Assembly: GCF_035594765.1 (NCBI RefSeq)
Contig: NC_085844.1
Location: 184,404,107-184,468,106, forward strand
DNA length: 64,000 nt
Origin: Anolis carolinensis
Lineage: Eukaryota
Reading direction: 5' to 3'
Within the stretch, counting starts at the first letter, position 1. Each line of letters begins with the position of its first letter. Shown here piece by piece: positions 52,090-64,000 of this stretch. Both the position numbers and the translations under genes were made by a program. The notes beneath the pieces are model-generated. The model did not search any database and was not told the DNA's origin. It saw nothing but the letters and a program-made list of their open reading frames with translations.

Positions 52090-52280
52090 TGGGGATGGGC
52101 GGTCAGAGGCTTGTATCAACACTAGAATAGTCCAAAGTCCCTCAGAAGACAAGAGTAGAGCAACAACTGGAGTCGCATGGAGAAAGGCAGAGTATATTTT
52201 TGTTGGGAATTGCCAGTGCAATGGACTGGGGGAGGGTGCCATTTCTTGACAAATGTGCTCTCCAAGTGGTTAAGGTAGCT
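52090..52280 (+). promoter_or_regulatory. Candidate SELENOP2 promoter and non-coding first exon
   Basis: GC box GGGCGG near 52097, an HNF4/DR1-like AGTCCAAAGTCC at 52129-52140 and a donor AAG|GTAGCT near 52274. The acceptor at 52865-52866 before the ATG implies an upstream exon. Confidence 0.35.
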
Positions 52281-52884
52281 GGTTTGTTGTTGAATTTAAT
52301 ATGAAAGAGGTATCACTAAAACATAAAGCTTGGAAGGGTTCAAAAAAGGAAAGTGAAAAATTCTTGGTGGATATCTGAGAGGAGTCATGGTTTTGTATGT
52401 TATCAATTCAGTTTGTGCTGATGAGAATGTAAAAGGATTTGAGTCACATATATAATTGTATTTTAGGGCTTTGCTATTTGAGCTTAAGGTTTGATCTCTG
52501 AGTTACATGAGAGCCAGCATAGTGGTTTGAGTGTTGGACAATGATTCTGAAGACCAGGGTTTGCATCCCCACTTAGCCGTGAAAACCCACCGGGAGACTT
52601 TGTGATAGGGTTGTCTGAATTTGGAAATGCCTTGAAGGCACACATATAATTGCATGTAGTCATTGCATGTCTGAAGTGAGACAGTCCCTGACATATACAT
52701 ATGGCCTCATTGTCTCACTGGGGAAAACTGTCTGTGAAGTTCTGAGGGGCTGCTATGTGACAGTTTCTTCAAATCACCAATTAATGTCTCATTGCCTTCA
52801 GAGATGCATGCTATACAGCGCAACCCTATCAGAGATCAGGGTTAATGCTGCTCTCTTCTGTTCCAGACTGAAGGGGTGGCTAGG

Positions 52885-55800
52885 ATGGATTACTCCCTAG
52901 CTACCAGAATCCTGCTGCTGGGACTGGTGGTTATTTCTGCTACACAAGCAGAAGTGACTGAGAACAAGACCCGGATATGCCAGCCTGCACCACTATGGAA
53001 GATCAATGGGACTGCCCCAATGGCTGGGATGGAGGGGCAAGTGACAGTGGTGGCCTTGCTGAAAGCCAGCTGACCTTTCTGCCTCAAGCAGGCTGCCAAG
53101 TGAGTACATGCCAAAGGGAAGTTAGCTTTTCTTGGACTGTGAGTCTCACAGTTTCCCAGCCAAGTTTCTTTTCCAAACTGCTGTAACTGCATCTCTACTG
53201 TTCATAGCAAATATGGCCACTCAAATGTCACGGTTTTCCCCTGAGGCTTTCTGCCAGGAAATGTAAATCTGCTAAACAGAGCAGTAGTCAAATGTTAAAC
53301 AAAACAGATTCTCCATAAATTCCAGTTCAATAACCTACAGCCTTGGCTGTAATAGACAACATAATGAACGAATGAAGCAATTTGCCTCAATAATTCAATT
53401 ACAATATAAAATATAATCTATTTTTAGAGCTATGCAGCAATGGCAAAGAGTGAATTGATAAATGAAGGAAGGAACCTCTGGCTGTGAAAACATATATCAG
53501 ATAGTATATGAAAAGAGCAAGGCAAGGGTTATATCTCCTTTTTGTAAATGTTGGTTATTTCTCTTCCGGCCATCAGCATTGGTGGCTTGCAGAAGAAGCT
53601 GTCCAACGAAGGGGTGGCCAATGTCAGCTTCCTGATTGTGAATGAGAAGACCCCTTTATCCAGGGCTATGTACTGGGAGCTTAAACGAAATGCCCCTCAA
53701 GGCATTCCTGTTTACCAGCAACAGATCCTGGAACCTGATGTCTGGCAGATTCTAGATGGGGACAAGGATGACTTCCTGATTTATGACAGGTCAGTACTTG
53801 TTGGGCATTTCCAGAAGGCTCTTCTCATTAGAAGGCACCAGCCACCATTCAAATTATTTTCCTTTTATTCCCTAAGGCAGTGGTTCTCAACCTGTGGGTC
53901 CCCAGGTGTTTTGGCCTACAACTCCCAGAAATCCCAGCCAGTTTACCAGCTGTTAGGATTTCTGGGAGTAGAAGGCCAAAACATCTGGGGACTCACAGCT
54001 TGAGAACCACTGCCCTAACGGATCTTGTTATTAACAGCAGTCAAGTTGACTTTGATTTAAGGTGATCCTACGAATAATATACCTCTTCACCTGGTTGGAA
54101 AAAATATAGAAAATCAAAGGAAGGTTGTAAGGGGATGGAATTGAAACTGTGTGAAAATCCTTTAATGTTCAGTGAATGAGTTAAGGTGGCATAATCAAAA
54201 TTCTCTATGAATGAATCCATATGGGGAAGAAAACCCAAACTCACCTTGAATCTGCTGCTGGCTGTCTGTACAACATTCCATCAACGCATGGTTTTTAATG
54301 TTTAAACCTAAAGCTCTGGAATATCAGATGCCAACATGCATTGACTGAGTGTGTTTGGCCACCTTTTTGCACCATTTTGGCTTTCAAGCCATTTTAGACA
54401 ATTCAGGCCTGGATACATTAATTCCTAGATGGCTATAGACTCCCTGATATTATGTTGGTGTCCTTTCCTTTTTATTTTTGTCTTGGGCTTTGCAGGTGCA
54501 GCAGGCTCACTTTCCACATCCAGTTGCCATACAGTTTTCTGCACTTACCATATGTTGAAGCAGCTGTGCATTACACACACCGGAAAGACTATTGTGGCAA
54601 TTGTTCCCGGTACTATTCTGAGAGCAGCCAGGAGGTAGGAACCTCTTAATTCTCCCCCTTTCTATTTTTTTGTTTAAGACAGACATTTTCTTATTTAGCC
54701 AGCCTGATTTGACTAAGAATTATAGAAGACTTCTCATTGCTTCCTTCTTACAGCTGAGAAAGCAGAAATAGGTCATTTTTAGAATTGGTCTTCAATATTT
54801 TACTGCCTCAGGCAAATAATATTATAGTTTGAACTCCCATTTCTGTATGGAAAAGCTGGCTAACTAACTGCCCATTGAATCTTCCCGCCATAATAACAAT
54901 TATATTACTACCTGTTGAGAACTGTGGGAGACGATGTGATTGAGACCTAGGAATGCATCTCCCTGAAACTGCTGTCCACATTCATAGAAATAGGGCCTTT
55001 TTGCTTGTGTCTAAGGAATGCAGTACTCAGAGACTAACACAGTGAAGCAAATACACTTTAGATAGTTTAACAGAGAACCAATGTGGTGTAGTGGTTGGAG
55101 TCAGACTGGGAAACTAGGGTCTGAATCCCCACTTGGCCATAGAAATCTTCTGCGCGATCTTAGCCAAGTTGCACATTCTCAGGAAGGAAGACAATGGCAC
55201 TCCCCCCCCCCCTAAATAAGCCTGATAGTGTCTTTTTAGAGGCATCGTAAGTCAGAAATTACTTGAAAGTACACTACAATAATTATACTTTGTTATATGA
55301 CACTTGGAGCCTCTGATGGCTCAGTGTGTTAAAGCACTGAGCTGCTGAACTTGCAGACCAAAAGGTCCCAGGTTCAAATTCGGGAGCGGAGTGAACGCCT
55401 GCTGTTAGCTCCAGCTTCTGCCAACCTAGCAGTTCAAAAACATGCAAATGTGAGTAGATCAATAGGTATCGCTCCGGCAGGAAGGTAATGGTGTTCTATG
55501 CAGTTATGCCAGCCACATGACCTTAGAGGTGTCTAGGGACAACGCCGGCTCTTTGGCTTAGAAATGGAGATGAGCACCAACCCCCAGAGTCGGACACGAC
55601 TGGACTTGACGTCAGGGGAAACCTTTACCTATATGACACTTAAATGAATCGTGAGTGGGTAAAGGGATCATTAAGAGTATAGTGTATTTTAAAAACCTGC
55701 TTAATAGATAGGAGGTGGGGGTGGAAGACTATGAAGGGCGTATGCAGTGGTTTAGGGCGGAAAAACCCAGCAGGACAAACATTGTAAGGGCTTAGCATGT

Positions 55801-57047
55801 TCCTTCCCATTAAATTGTAAAATAGGAGTAGAATGGCTCAGTGGAGAATTGCAGTTTGAATTGAAGAAGGAAGCAAAGTAGAAGGAAACTATGGATTTGA
55901 TCAGAAGCAGGAATGGGGAGGGACCAGTTGTTGTTACGTTTCTGCCTTGCCAGTTTCATTACTCTGCTTGTGAGATGCAATACTGTGTGTTATTTTTCCC
56001 AACATCTCCCCTCCCAACGCACCTCTTCCTTGGGCCATTCCTGTAGATTAAGGGAGCAGTGCATTTGTATTCAAAATAAAATATGAACATACTTTCAGTG
56101 CTATTAAACCAAATACCCCACAGCACCACAACCTTTCACATTCTGTTCCCATCACACCTAGGATGAAGACAAATGTATCTGCTTCTAGGAGTTATTGTAT
56201 GATGTTTGGTTGCATTGAAAGCTCTGTTTTCCCTTTCCTTACCTTTTACTGATACTGTGGAGAAGAACAAACAACTCAGTATCTGTATGCTTGCCCACAA
56301 TGCCCTGCTTCATGCACAGAGGTTGAACTCTTTAAAACTACAGACAATGCAGTCACTGTTGCCCATTTTTGGTCTACTCTAAAACTATTTAGCTGCTTGT
56401 GATCCCTTTATTTTATCAGTTTTAAACTTATTTATTTATGCAATGTTTTTGACATGAAATAAAATAACTGATACATACAGTTGGTTCCAGATTCCAGTGT
56501 AAATATTTTGCCCTCCAATCTTAGTTTTGGACTTTTTTAGACATCCACAACTTCCACCATGTTTATTTATTCCATAATTAAATAATCACCTTCTATTAAT
56601 CACAAAAATGCAAAACATTCATTTGAGTAGATGGTTCTAACTTCTTCAATGGCTATTGAAGAAAATCTGATTGTGAAAAGTGGGAGAACTTCAGACAGTC
56701 AGACAACCAATAAGTACTTCATAGCTAGCTTCTCCAGAAGATACATGGGACCTGTTGCTTTGTATTCTGTTCACTCTGGACATGTATATATTTGTCCAAG
56801 AATATGAATGTGAATGTACCACTTGAGATATCTTAGTTCCTCCTTAAAATGTTTGTCTTCCTTCTGAGATCAACAGCCTGACTCTACCTGTACAATATAT
56901 TAGAACCTGCTATTCTATTTACAGGTGAACAGCACAGCAAATGCTCAAACGATGACAACAACTGAAGCTCCCATGGTCATAGAGAAAATCCTTCCCAAGC
57001 ACAAGCATGAAGAAAAGAGCAAGGCGAACATAACACTGATTATATAG
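52885..57047 (+). CDS. SELENOP2: Selenoprotein P paralogue (SELENOP2/SelPb type, single Sec), 4 coding exons, 229 aa as assembled
   Basis: Exons: 52885-53099, 53577-53789, 54496-54634, 56925-57047. Signal peptide MDYSLATRILLLGLVVISATQA, then CQPAPLWKING and VTVVALLKAS-U-PFC with the in-frame TGA at 53071-53073 (codon 63, UxxC). Further SelP motifs: DVWQILDGDKDDFLIYDRC, LPYSFLHLPYVEAA, CGNCS. There is no Sec-rich C-terminal domain and one SECIS lies downstream. Confidence 0.92.
53878..54012. mobile_element. hAT-type MITE
   Basis: TIR CAGTGGTTCTCAA and an 8-bp TSD CCCTAAGG/CCCTAACG. Confidence 0.85.
55307..55631 (+). mobile_element. Sauria SINE
   Basis: Full-length homolog of the other copies. 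Confidence 0.85.
56260..56465 (+). mobile_element. Vingi-like LINE 3' end
   Basis: Homologous to 4090-4288. Confidence 0.65.
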
Positions 57048-57685
57048 CCCACCAATATTCACAGCATGGAGAACCTAGCAGAGAGATAGTTTTACATTTG
57101 CTCAGTACAGACCATCCATTTCACCACTCTCAGAGCTACTCAAAGAAGCTCCATGCAGGTGAACCCTAGTAAAATATATCCAATTACATAGAAATAAACC
57201 CATAAACAAACATTTAGGCATACATATACATACATATACTTTTAAAAAACTCACTTACCGTGTGCAAGCAATTAAAAAGAATAAAATAAAAACTCACCAA
57301 CAGAGAAGAAGTTCCATTTTCAGCAAGTCAAGGAAACAATATCCTAATTCTGTGCCTAGGAAAAGATGGACCATCTAGATATCTCTTTGATAGCAAAGTA
57401 TAACACAGCCTTTTGATTTTTGGTGTTTATTACTGGAAGGTATAGCCAGGGTCTTTGATGAGAGCAACCCCCTCATTTTGAATATTTTGGCACAAATTCA
57501 TTCATTCTGTTCCACAAAAGCAAGGGTGCAATTTATCTCAAACTCCGACATCTTTTTAGGATTTCTGGATTTTCTGTTGAGGTTTGGCTCAAGTAACCTT
57601 CTTGCCTTCTGTCAAAACACTCAGGCGTTAGTCTTCTCTTCTGTTGGAAAGCTAGTTTTAATTCCCACTTCCATTTGCTTTTTTT

Positions 57686-57763
57686 GCTTTTTTGCACTTA
57701 ATGAAGCATGTGGTGTAAACTAAAATATTTTAGTCACTGCAAGCTGACACTTTGCAGAAAGGT
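57686..57763 (+). promoter_or_regulatory. SECIS element (type II) in the SELENOP2 3' UTR
   Basis: Helix I TTTGCA/TGCAGA. Core ATGAA (57701) opposite TGAC (57745). Helix II GCATGTGGTG pairs with CACTGCAAGC with one mismatch. Unpaired AAA at 57717-57719 and an apical mini-stem CTAAAA-TA-TTTTAG. Confidence 0.9.
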
Positions 57764-60700
57764 TTTTAAACAAGTGGAAGTATGTGATCAGTAGGAGGGT
57801 GGCTAAGTCATCAAAGAAGGCTAATTTTGACCTGGAACCTAATGCTTTGGACATTAATGGAGCTTGAAGACTCTGACATTTGTTTTGTTGTATGGAAAGA
57901 ACAGCTGGGAAGTTTGGGATAATGGAGATGGGATGGGATATAAATATACTAAACTTGCACATTTCAGGGAGGTTTAGGAAGAAGCTGGAGTAAGCGATTA
58001 TGTGTTGAGTTGATCAACAAAGAAAACCAATCTGTGCCAATTATACCAGAGAATTAAAATGATTAAATGCAGTAAATCTGTATCCTAGGGGAAATTATGG
58101 AAATAAAATTTCTGAAGTGTATGTATTCTGTTCTTACAATATCTTTGTGTATAAGAGGCTTTACAAATTTATGACATAACCACTAGGTTTCTGTTGGGGC
58201 TTTATGTCTTTGTAAGTGGACTTATGTCCATGGGATTAACCAAGAATGCTTCTTAGTCTCAGGCCAAGAATGTAACAAAGGATAGGCGATAGCTCCCAGC
58301 TACAAGCATCTTGTTTGCCCAGTCCAGCCATTCTTCTCCAGGGCCTGGATTTCATAATTCCAGGACTCTTGCTAGTCTGGAATGCCAGCACTCTTTTCAA
58401 ATTCTTCTCTGCCCACAGAGCTTTCCTTGCCTAGCTGGGAAGAGATTTCCAACCACATCATCGGAGCTCAGCCAATCCGAACAGAAGAGAGAAGATTCAA
58501 ACTCAAACAATTAAACAAACCCTATTTAGCCTCATGCAGGAGCACATGTAGTCAGACTTATTCTTTGAGGCAGGAGCCCACAAGTCTCCATCTCTGATCA
58601 GAATGAACAATAAAACACCTCTACCCTTGTCTTCAGCTGCTTTGGTGAATTTTAATCTGGGTTTATTATTAATTAGGGTTGGGTATTAATTGTTAGCATT
58701 TCTTGCCAGGAAGAATCCTCAAAGTATTGCAGTCTAGATTCTATAACAATAATACTGATCCAAAACATTACTGCTGTGTATTATCGCAAATAACATTTAC
58801 TCTCCCAATTTTTATATTCGTTTAGTTTTCCCTCTTATTTTCCTGCATGTCTATTTGAAAACTAGAAAATCAATTTTGAATAAATATGAAAAGGCTCAAT
58901 ATCATAAACAGCTGGGAAATATAAAATTGTTGTTGTTATCATTATTATGTTTATTTGTACCCCGCTTTTTATCTCCACAAGGATACTCAACACAGCTTAC
59001 ATTAAAACTATTGCCATACAATATAAAATCTATAAATATACAAACATTAAAACAGTATTAAACATCAATGATATTGAAAAATCCAGTTAAAATCCAAGAA
59101 AAACATATTCAAAGCAAAAAGCCATAGCACCCCCTGACTTGATCTTTAAAACCTCTTTAAAGGCCTGCCTGAATAAAAAGGCAAAAGGACATTTAGGCTG
59201 CAATCCTATGTTTACCTCAGATTATACCCATATGAAGAAGTGGGACTTACTTTTGAGTAAATGTGCATAGGATTGCACTGTAAGAGCCTAAAATAATGTG
59301 TTTGTTCTTTCAGTGCTTTTGATCTAAATTTACCTGTTTTAGTATTATTATCATTATCATTTTGTTTTGGTTTTGAGAATAATTAATCTCCATATACTAC
59401 TGATTTTTAAAAGACAAGAGAAAACTAATTGTTGCTAAGAAGAGCAAAATGAAGAGCTTGAATGGCTTTGGACTGTCATCTATTTTCCCTGGTCCCTTTT
59501 GATCAAGACTACTCTACCCATGACCCCATGACCTGGACTACTTATGGTCTGTTTATGAGTCCACAAGTTCACATCTCAAGTGGAGCAAAATCCTGGTTTC
59601 TTATCATGTTCACTATCATACCAGCTTAACATATTTCTCAAATATTTGCTAAAAGGCATTCTTCCTGGGGCCTCTCAGTTTCTCTGCAGCCTGAATCTAC
59701 TCAGAAGTACAATCCACAGGAATATGCCTATTTTATTACATGTATGCCCAAGCTTTTATTTAAGTTGCTCAGGGCATACATAATTTCCCACGTTCACAGA
59801 ATCTCTGCAAAATAAATTAGGCCAAGGTGAAGTGACTGAGCCAGGGTCAGTCACTACAATCACAAATGGTGATTTTGCCAGCTCAAGTCCAATAGACAAG
59901 TAATACTTTAAAAGTCATCCCATTCCCTATGAGGCATTACTTGGGGGAGATTGGATTAGTGGGAAATTAATAATGACCCTTTGGAAAATAACATAGGGAT
60001 GGGTCACTATTTTGATCAGTGTCATATAAATTTTCCTATTTGATTTCCTTGGCTTTCTTTTTTTGAAGCAAAAATACTTTTTAAGGCACTTTGCTCAATT
60101 AACCCATTTAATGACTGCTTCATATTCCTATCCAAGACTACACAGTATTAGTAGGTTACTCTGATTGAAAAAGGAAAATCAATAAGTGACATCAACAAGC
60201 ATAGTGCTTGCCAAATTATTACTCAATTCTCTGTCCAGCTGCCTTTTCCCAACATTTTTTAAGTGAAGAGGCATGGATGAGAAAACAGAGTTCATACATT
60301 CTCTGTTAATTTACACTTTAAAATACAATGAGAACATATAACAAGATGAACATTAAAATAGGATCTCACTATTGATAGTATTAAAATAAACTACACGTGA
60401 AACGATAAAACATGAAGGATTTTTACAACCTGTAACTGGAGACATTTTGGCTTCAAATAATGGGGGCAAAGTTTGGTTTCAAAATTCTAGAATTTATTGT
60501 CAAAGGCTTTCACGGCCAGAATCACTGGGGTATTGTGTGGTTTCCAGGCTGTACGGCTATGTTCCAGCAGCATTTTCTTCTGACATTATGCCTGCATCTG
60601 TGGCTGGCATCTTTGGAGGATCTATTCTAGAATTGCCTTTATGTTTGCTTTGCACTGGACAGAAGAACACTGAATGTGATTTTGAGTGTGGACTAATATG

Positions 60701-62384
60701 ACTATGTAAACACTTGTCCATCCACATTTGTGGGTTTAATCTTTATAAAATTTATTCTTTACAGATTACTTGCTGTGTCCTTCACTTCTGCCCTACACCA
60801 TTTTTAATAGTGACTTTTACCCACCTTGAGCCTAGAGACCTATAATGGTTTTCCACTTTCACAAGAGTTCTGAGCTCTAACCCACATAAAAGTAGATCGA
60901 GTTTTTTCAGTCAGGCAATTAGATGGTTGGGGATGTTCAAGGTTGTAGATTTTTGTCATTGCTGTTCTAGAAGTATTGGATTCATGGAGATTTCAGATCT
61001 TTGCACCCATTTCTTTGTTCTAAAAATGGTTTTTGGAACTTCTAAACCTTAATTTTGCTCTTTGTCTTCTCCCTTCTCTCTCAAACACACATGCACAAAT
61101 GTGTATGACAGTTTTTGTCTCACTTAACTAGTATCAAAGTTGTGTAGATTTTTGGATGTTTTATTTTCCGTATAGCTCTGCCTTTTGCTGTGGAGGTCCT
61201 TGAACCTTGAATATCTGGGAGGGACATCTGTGGAAATAACATCTGTGGAAGTAGTACAATATTGTGTGCATGTAATTATTGGCCTGTGCATGTATGTTTT
61301 CCCATACAAGATACATTGAGGCTAGCCAGCACCTTCCAGGAAATACAAGTTTTGTCTGGATACTTCCCTATTTTCTGGTTGAATTTAAAAAATACTTGAT
61401 TATAGTCATCCGTATGCTGAGAGCTGAGCACATTGAAACCTATTCTGGTTTCTCCTTCTGATGATAAATTTAGTAATTCTTTCCCAAGCATTATTTAAAG
61501 AATGTTTCAATTGACATTCTCTGAATCTTAGAATACTGGTACCCATACAAAGAAATCTCAAACTGCGGGCAGTTGATTGGATTTGAGAAAAAGCAGAGGA
61601 AAAGTTGGATTCAGTTACTGCCTTCTTCTGAATCTTTTCTTGTTGGTGAAATTGTACCAAGAACTCTATTGTCTTTGTTGGATGCATTTTTCCAGCTTTG
61701 TGGCACATGAATGACTCAACGTATTGTGGCTGTGGAAGACCTTCTGGCTACACCTGCAGAGGTTGTTGTAATAAGGCAATAAAATCTGATGACAAAATTA
61801 AACTTTGTATGTTTATTCAGTAATTTATATACTGCGATGGCCTGAGTTTTTTGAGATACAAGGTGGGCTATTTCTTGCAGAAATAAGTTATATCTCGCCA
61901 AAGGTACAACTTTTAAAAGTCTGTAGTGCTAGAGTGTCAATGCCCTGATGTGTTTTGTAGTTTACAGCCTATTTTTGAAGATATACAAAATTTAGAAAAA
62001 TTAGGATGGTGTAATTGCTCCTATTGTCATGTACACAATGCATTCAATTCAACTTACTGGTACAGTGTGTAATACAATATACAGCTATCATGGTCCTAAG
62101 AGCATGTTTTATTTACAAGGCACCACCATTCACAACATGACAGAAGAAACTTGTTCGCAGAGCCTCCCACAAAAAGCACAAGTTATCAGAGGGAAAATAT
62201 TAGGATTACGTTCTGAATCCTTTTGGGAAGAGCCCAAAGCTCAGTGTGTCCTTTCATATTCACAAATAAATCTAGTTTTCCATCTTTAGTCTATTTGAGT
62301 GGCATCTTGGAACGCTAAATGTAGTCTTTCCTTTCACATCAGTAAGCACAATTGATGCCACACATGGTATTTGGAAATGTTTTA

Positions 62385-62805
62385 AGTGTGTTGTCGAAGG
62401 CTTTCATGGCCGGAATCAACTGGATTGCTGTATGACCATTTTCCAGAAGCATTCTCTCGCGACGTTTAGCCCACATTTATGGCAGGCATCCTCTGAGGCT
62501 GTGAGGTCTGGGGGAATCCTGGCTGGGGGAAACAAAGGATTCCCCTAGGCAGGAATCAGCAAGGCTTTGAAGCTGCAAGGTTATTCAATGCTAATCAAGT
62601 CGGCCAATTGCAACATTCACACTTGCCTCAGGGAGACAAGAGTTCTTTCTCCCACCCTGGACATTCCAGAGATATATAAACCCCACTTGCCTAGTTTCCA
62701 ACAGACCTCACAACCTCTGAGGATGCCTGCCATAGATGTGGGCGAAACATCAGGAGAGAATGCTTCTGGAACATGGTCATACAGCCAGGAAAACTCACAG
62801 CAAGC
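62385..62805. mobile_element. Penelope-like inverted terminal repeats
   Basis: Same architecture as 12760-13240. Confidence 0.75.
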
Positions 62806-63471
62806 CAATGTTTTTTGTTTTCCTAAGCAAGAGCAACCTTCTTACAGTTCTCTGCAACTCGACAAGAGTTGGATATTACAAAAAACAAAGCCATCTAGGA
62901 TACAGGGAACATTTCTTGGGCAGCTAAGGTAGCTCCTATGTCATGACAACCCAAACTAAAAACTTATATTCTAAGTTTAGTTAAATGTTTGCCCTGAAGG
63001 AATATTGAGAATGTACATGGAGCTATTTTTATTTAAGAATTTATGCCTGCCTCTCAATGCTCAGGTGGCTTTACACGGACAAAGGATATTTATTTATTAC
63101 ATGCATTTATACCCCGCCCTTCTCCCCGAGGGGACTCAGAGCAGCTTACATTCTGCCACGAGGGCCAGCAACAAGTATACTATAAAACAAAACAATTTAA
63201 ACCTGATAAGTATACAAACATTAAAACGCTGCAAGGCAGCGATATTGCACCATCCTCAGTGACATTTTAATATGACAATGATAGTGATATGACATTTTAA
63301 TGAAAATGACTGGATTCCAACAGCACCCTCCTTGTGACAATACCAGTTTAAGATAGCATACTGACACCTCGTGGTAGCAACAACATAGCATTGTAAATGA
63401 GACACAGTGGGGCCCTGGTCTCCATTAGCATTTGGTTCCCCTCCCACATCTCCAATCTCCATAGATGATTT

Positions 63472-63726
63472 ATTTTTTTCCGTGTCAGGAACAACCCGAG
63501 TTGCTTCTGGTGTGAGAGAACTGGCCGTCTGCAAGGACGTTGCCCAGGGGACGCCCAGATGTTTTGATGTGTTTACCATCCTTGTGGGAGGCTTCTCTCA
63601 TGTCCCCGCATAGAGCTGGTAGCTCATCCGCGCTCTCCCCGGGTGAGATTTGAACCTGGCAGCTTTCAGGTCAGCAACCCAACTTTCAAGTCACAAGGCT
63701 TTAACGCACTAGGCCACGGGGGCTCC
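63472..63726 (-). mobile_element. tRNA-derived SINE (non-Sauria family)
   Basis: Homologous to the 23576 copy; TSD TCCATAGATG on both sides. Confidence 0.75.
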
Positions 63727-64000
63727 TTCCATAGATGCTGAACTCCCGTTATACAGGCAGTCCCCGAGTTACTAACATCCAACTTACAAATGACTCATAA
63801 TTACAAATGGGGGTGAAACAGAAGGAAGCGAGAGAATCCTATCCCTCGGAAGGAAAATTCACTCCTATAAGTTATCATGGAGAAACTGAAGCTCTCACAC
63901 CAATCCTTGTTTCCACAAGCCAAATTTTTCAAAATCCACATGTAACACACTAATCTTGATTTTACAACAATATGCAAATGGTACCCAATAGGGCACTAGA

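Noticed and set aside
53071-53073. TGA as a true stop (pseudogene interpretation)
   Set aside because: It sits in the UxxC motif, the downstream exons are intact, and a canonical SECIS is present.
56925-57010. Two TGAs in the alternative frame of the last SELENOP2 exon as extra Sec codons
   Set aside because: The exon phase does not enter that frame at the acceptor, there is no Cys/Sec-rich SelP C-terminal pattern, and only one SECIS was found.
58700-62300. Short ORFs in the AT-rich distal region
   Set aside because: No motifs or consistent exon structure; treated as intergenic DNA with TE remnants.

Overview
Vertebrate genomic DNA, almost certainly from a squamate reptile. The repeats (Sauria SINEs, Penelope, Vingi-like and L2 LINEs, hAT and mariner MITEs) point to an anole-like lizard; the species is an inference. 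Four host genes can be reconstructed with GT-AG introns in consistent phase. TOE1 (minus, 7 coding exons, 538 aa) and MUTYH (plus, 15 coding exons, 521 aa) are head-to-head. HPDL (minus, single-exon CDS, 390 aa) is tail-to-tail with MUTYH. The fourth is a short selenoprotein P paralogue (SELENOP2/SelPb-type, plus) that the ORF track breaks at an in-frame UGA in a UxxC motif; it has a canonical type II SECIS in its 3' UTR. The most unusual observations are: (1) two back-to-back Helitron-like elements in a MUTYH intron, one carrying what looks like a captured first exon of the kinase TESK1; (2) a probable 1-nt frameshift cutting off a His-rich SELENOP2 tail, with poly(A) signals upstream of its SECIS; (3) a local triplication upstream of HPDL interleaved with a pair of inverted LTR-like promoter units; (4) a Dong/R4-type retrotransposon in a TTA microsatellite 36 nt from a MUTYH exon. 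All family assignments are by eye; no searches were run.
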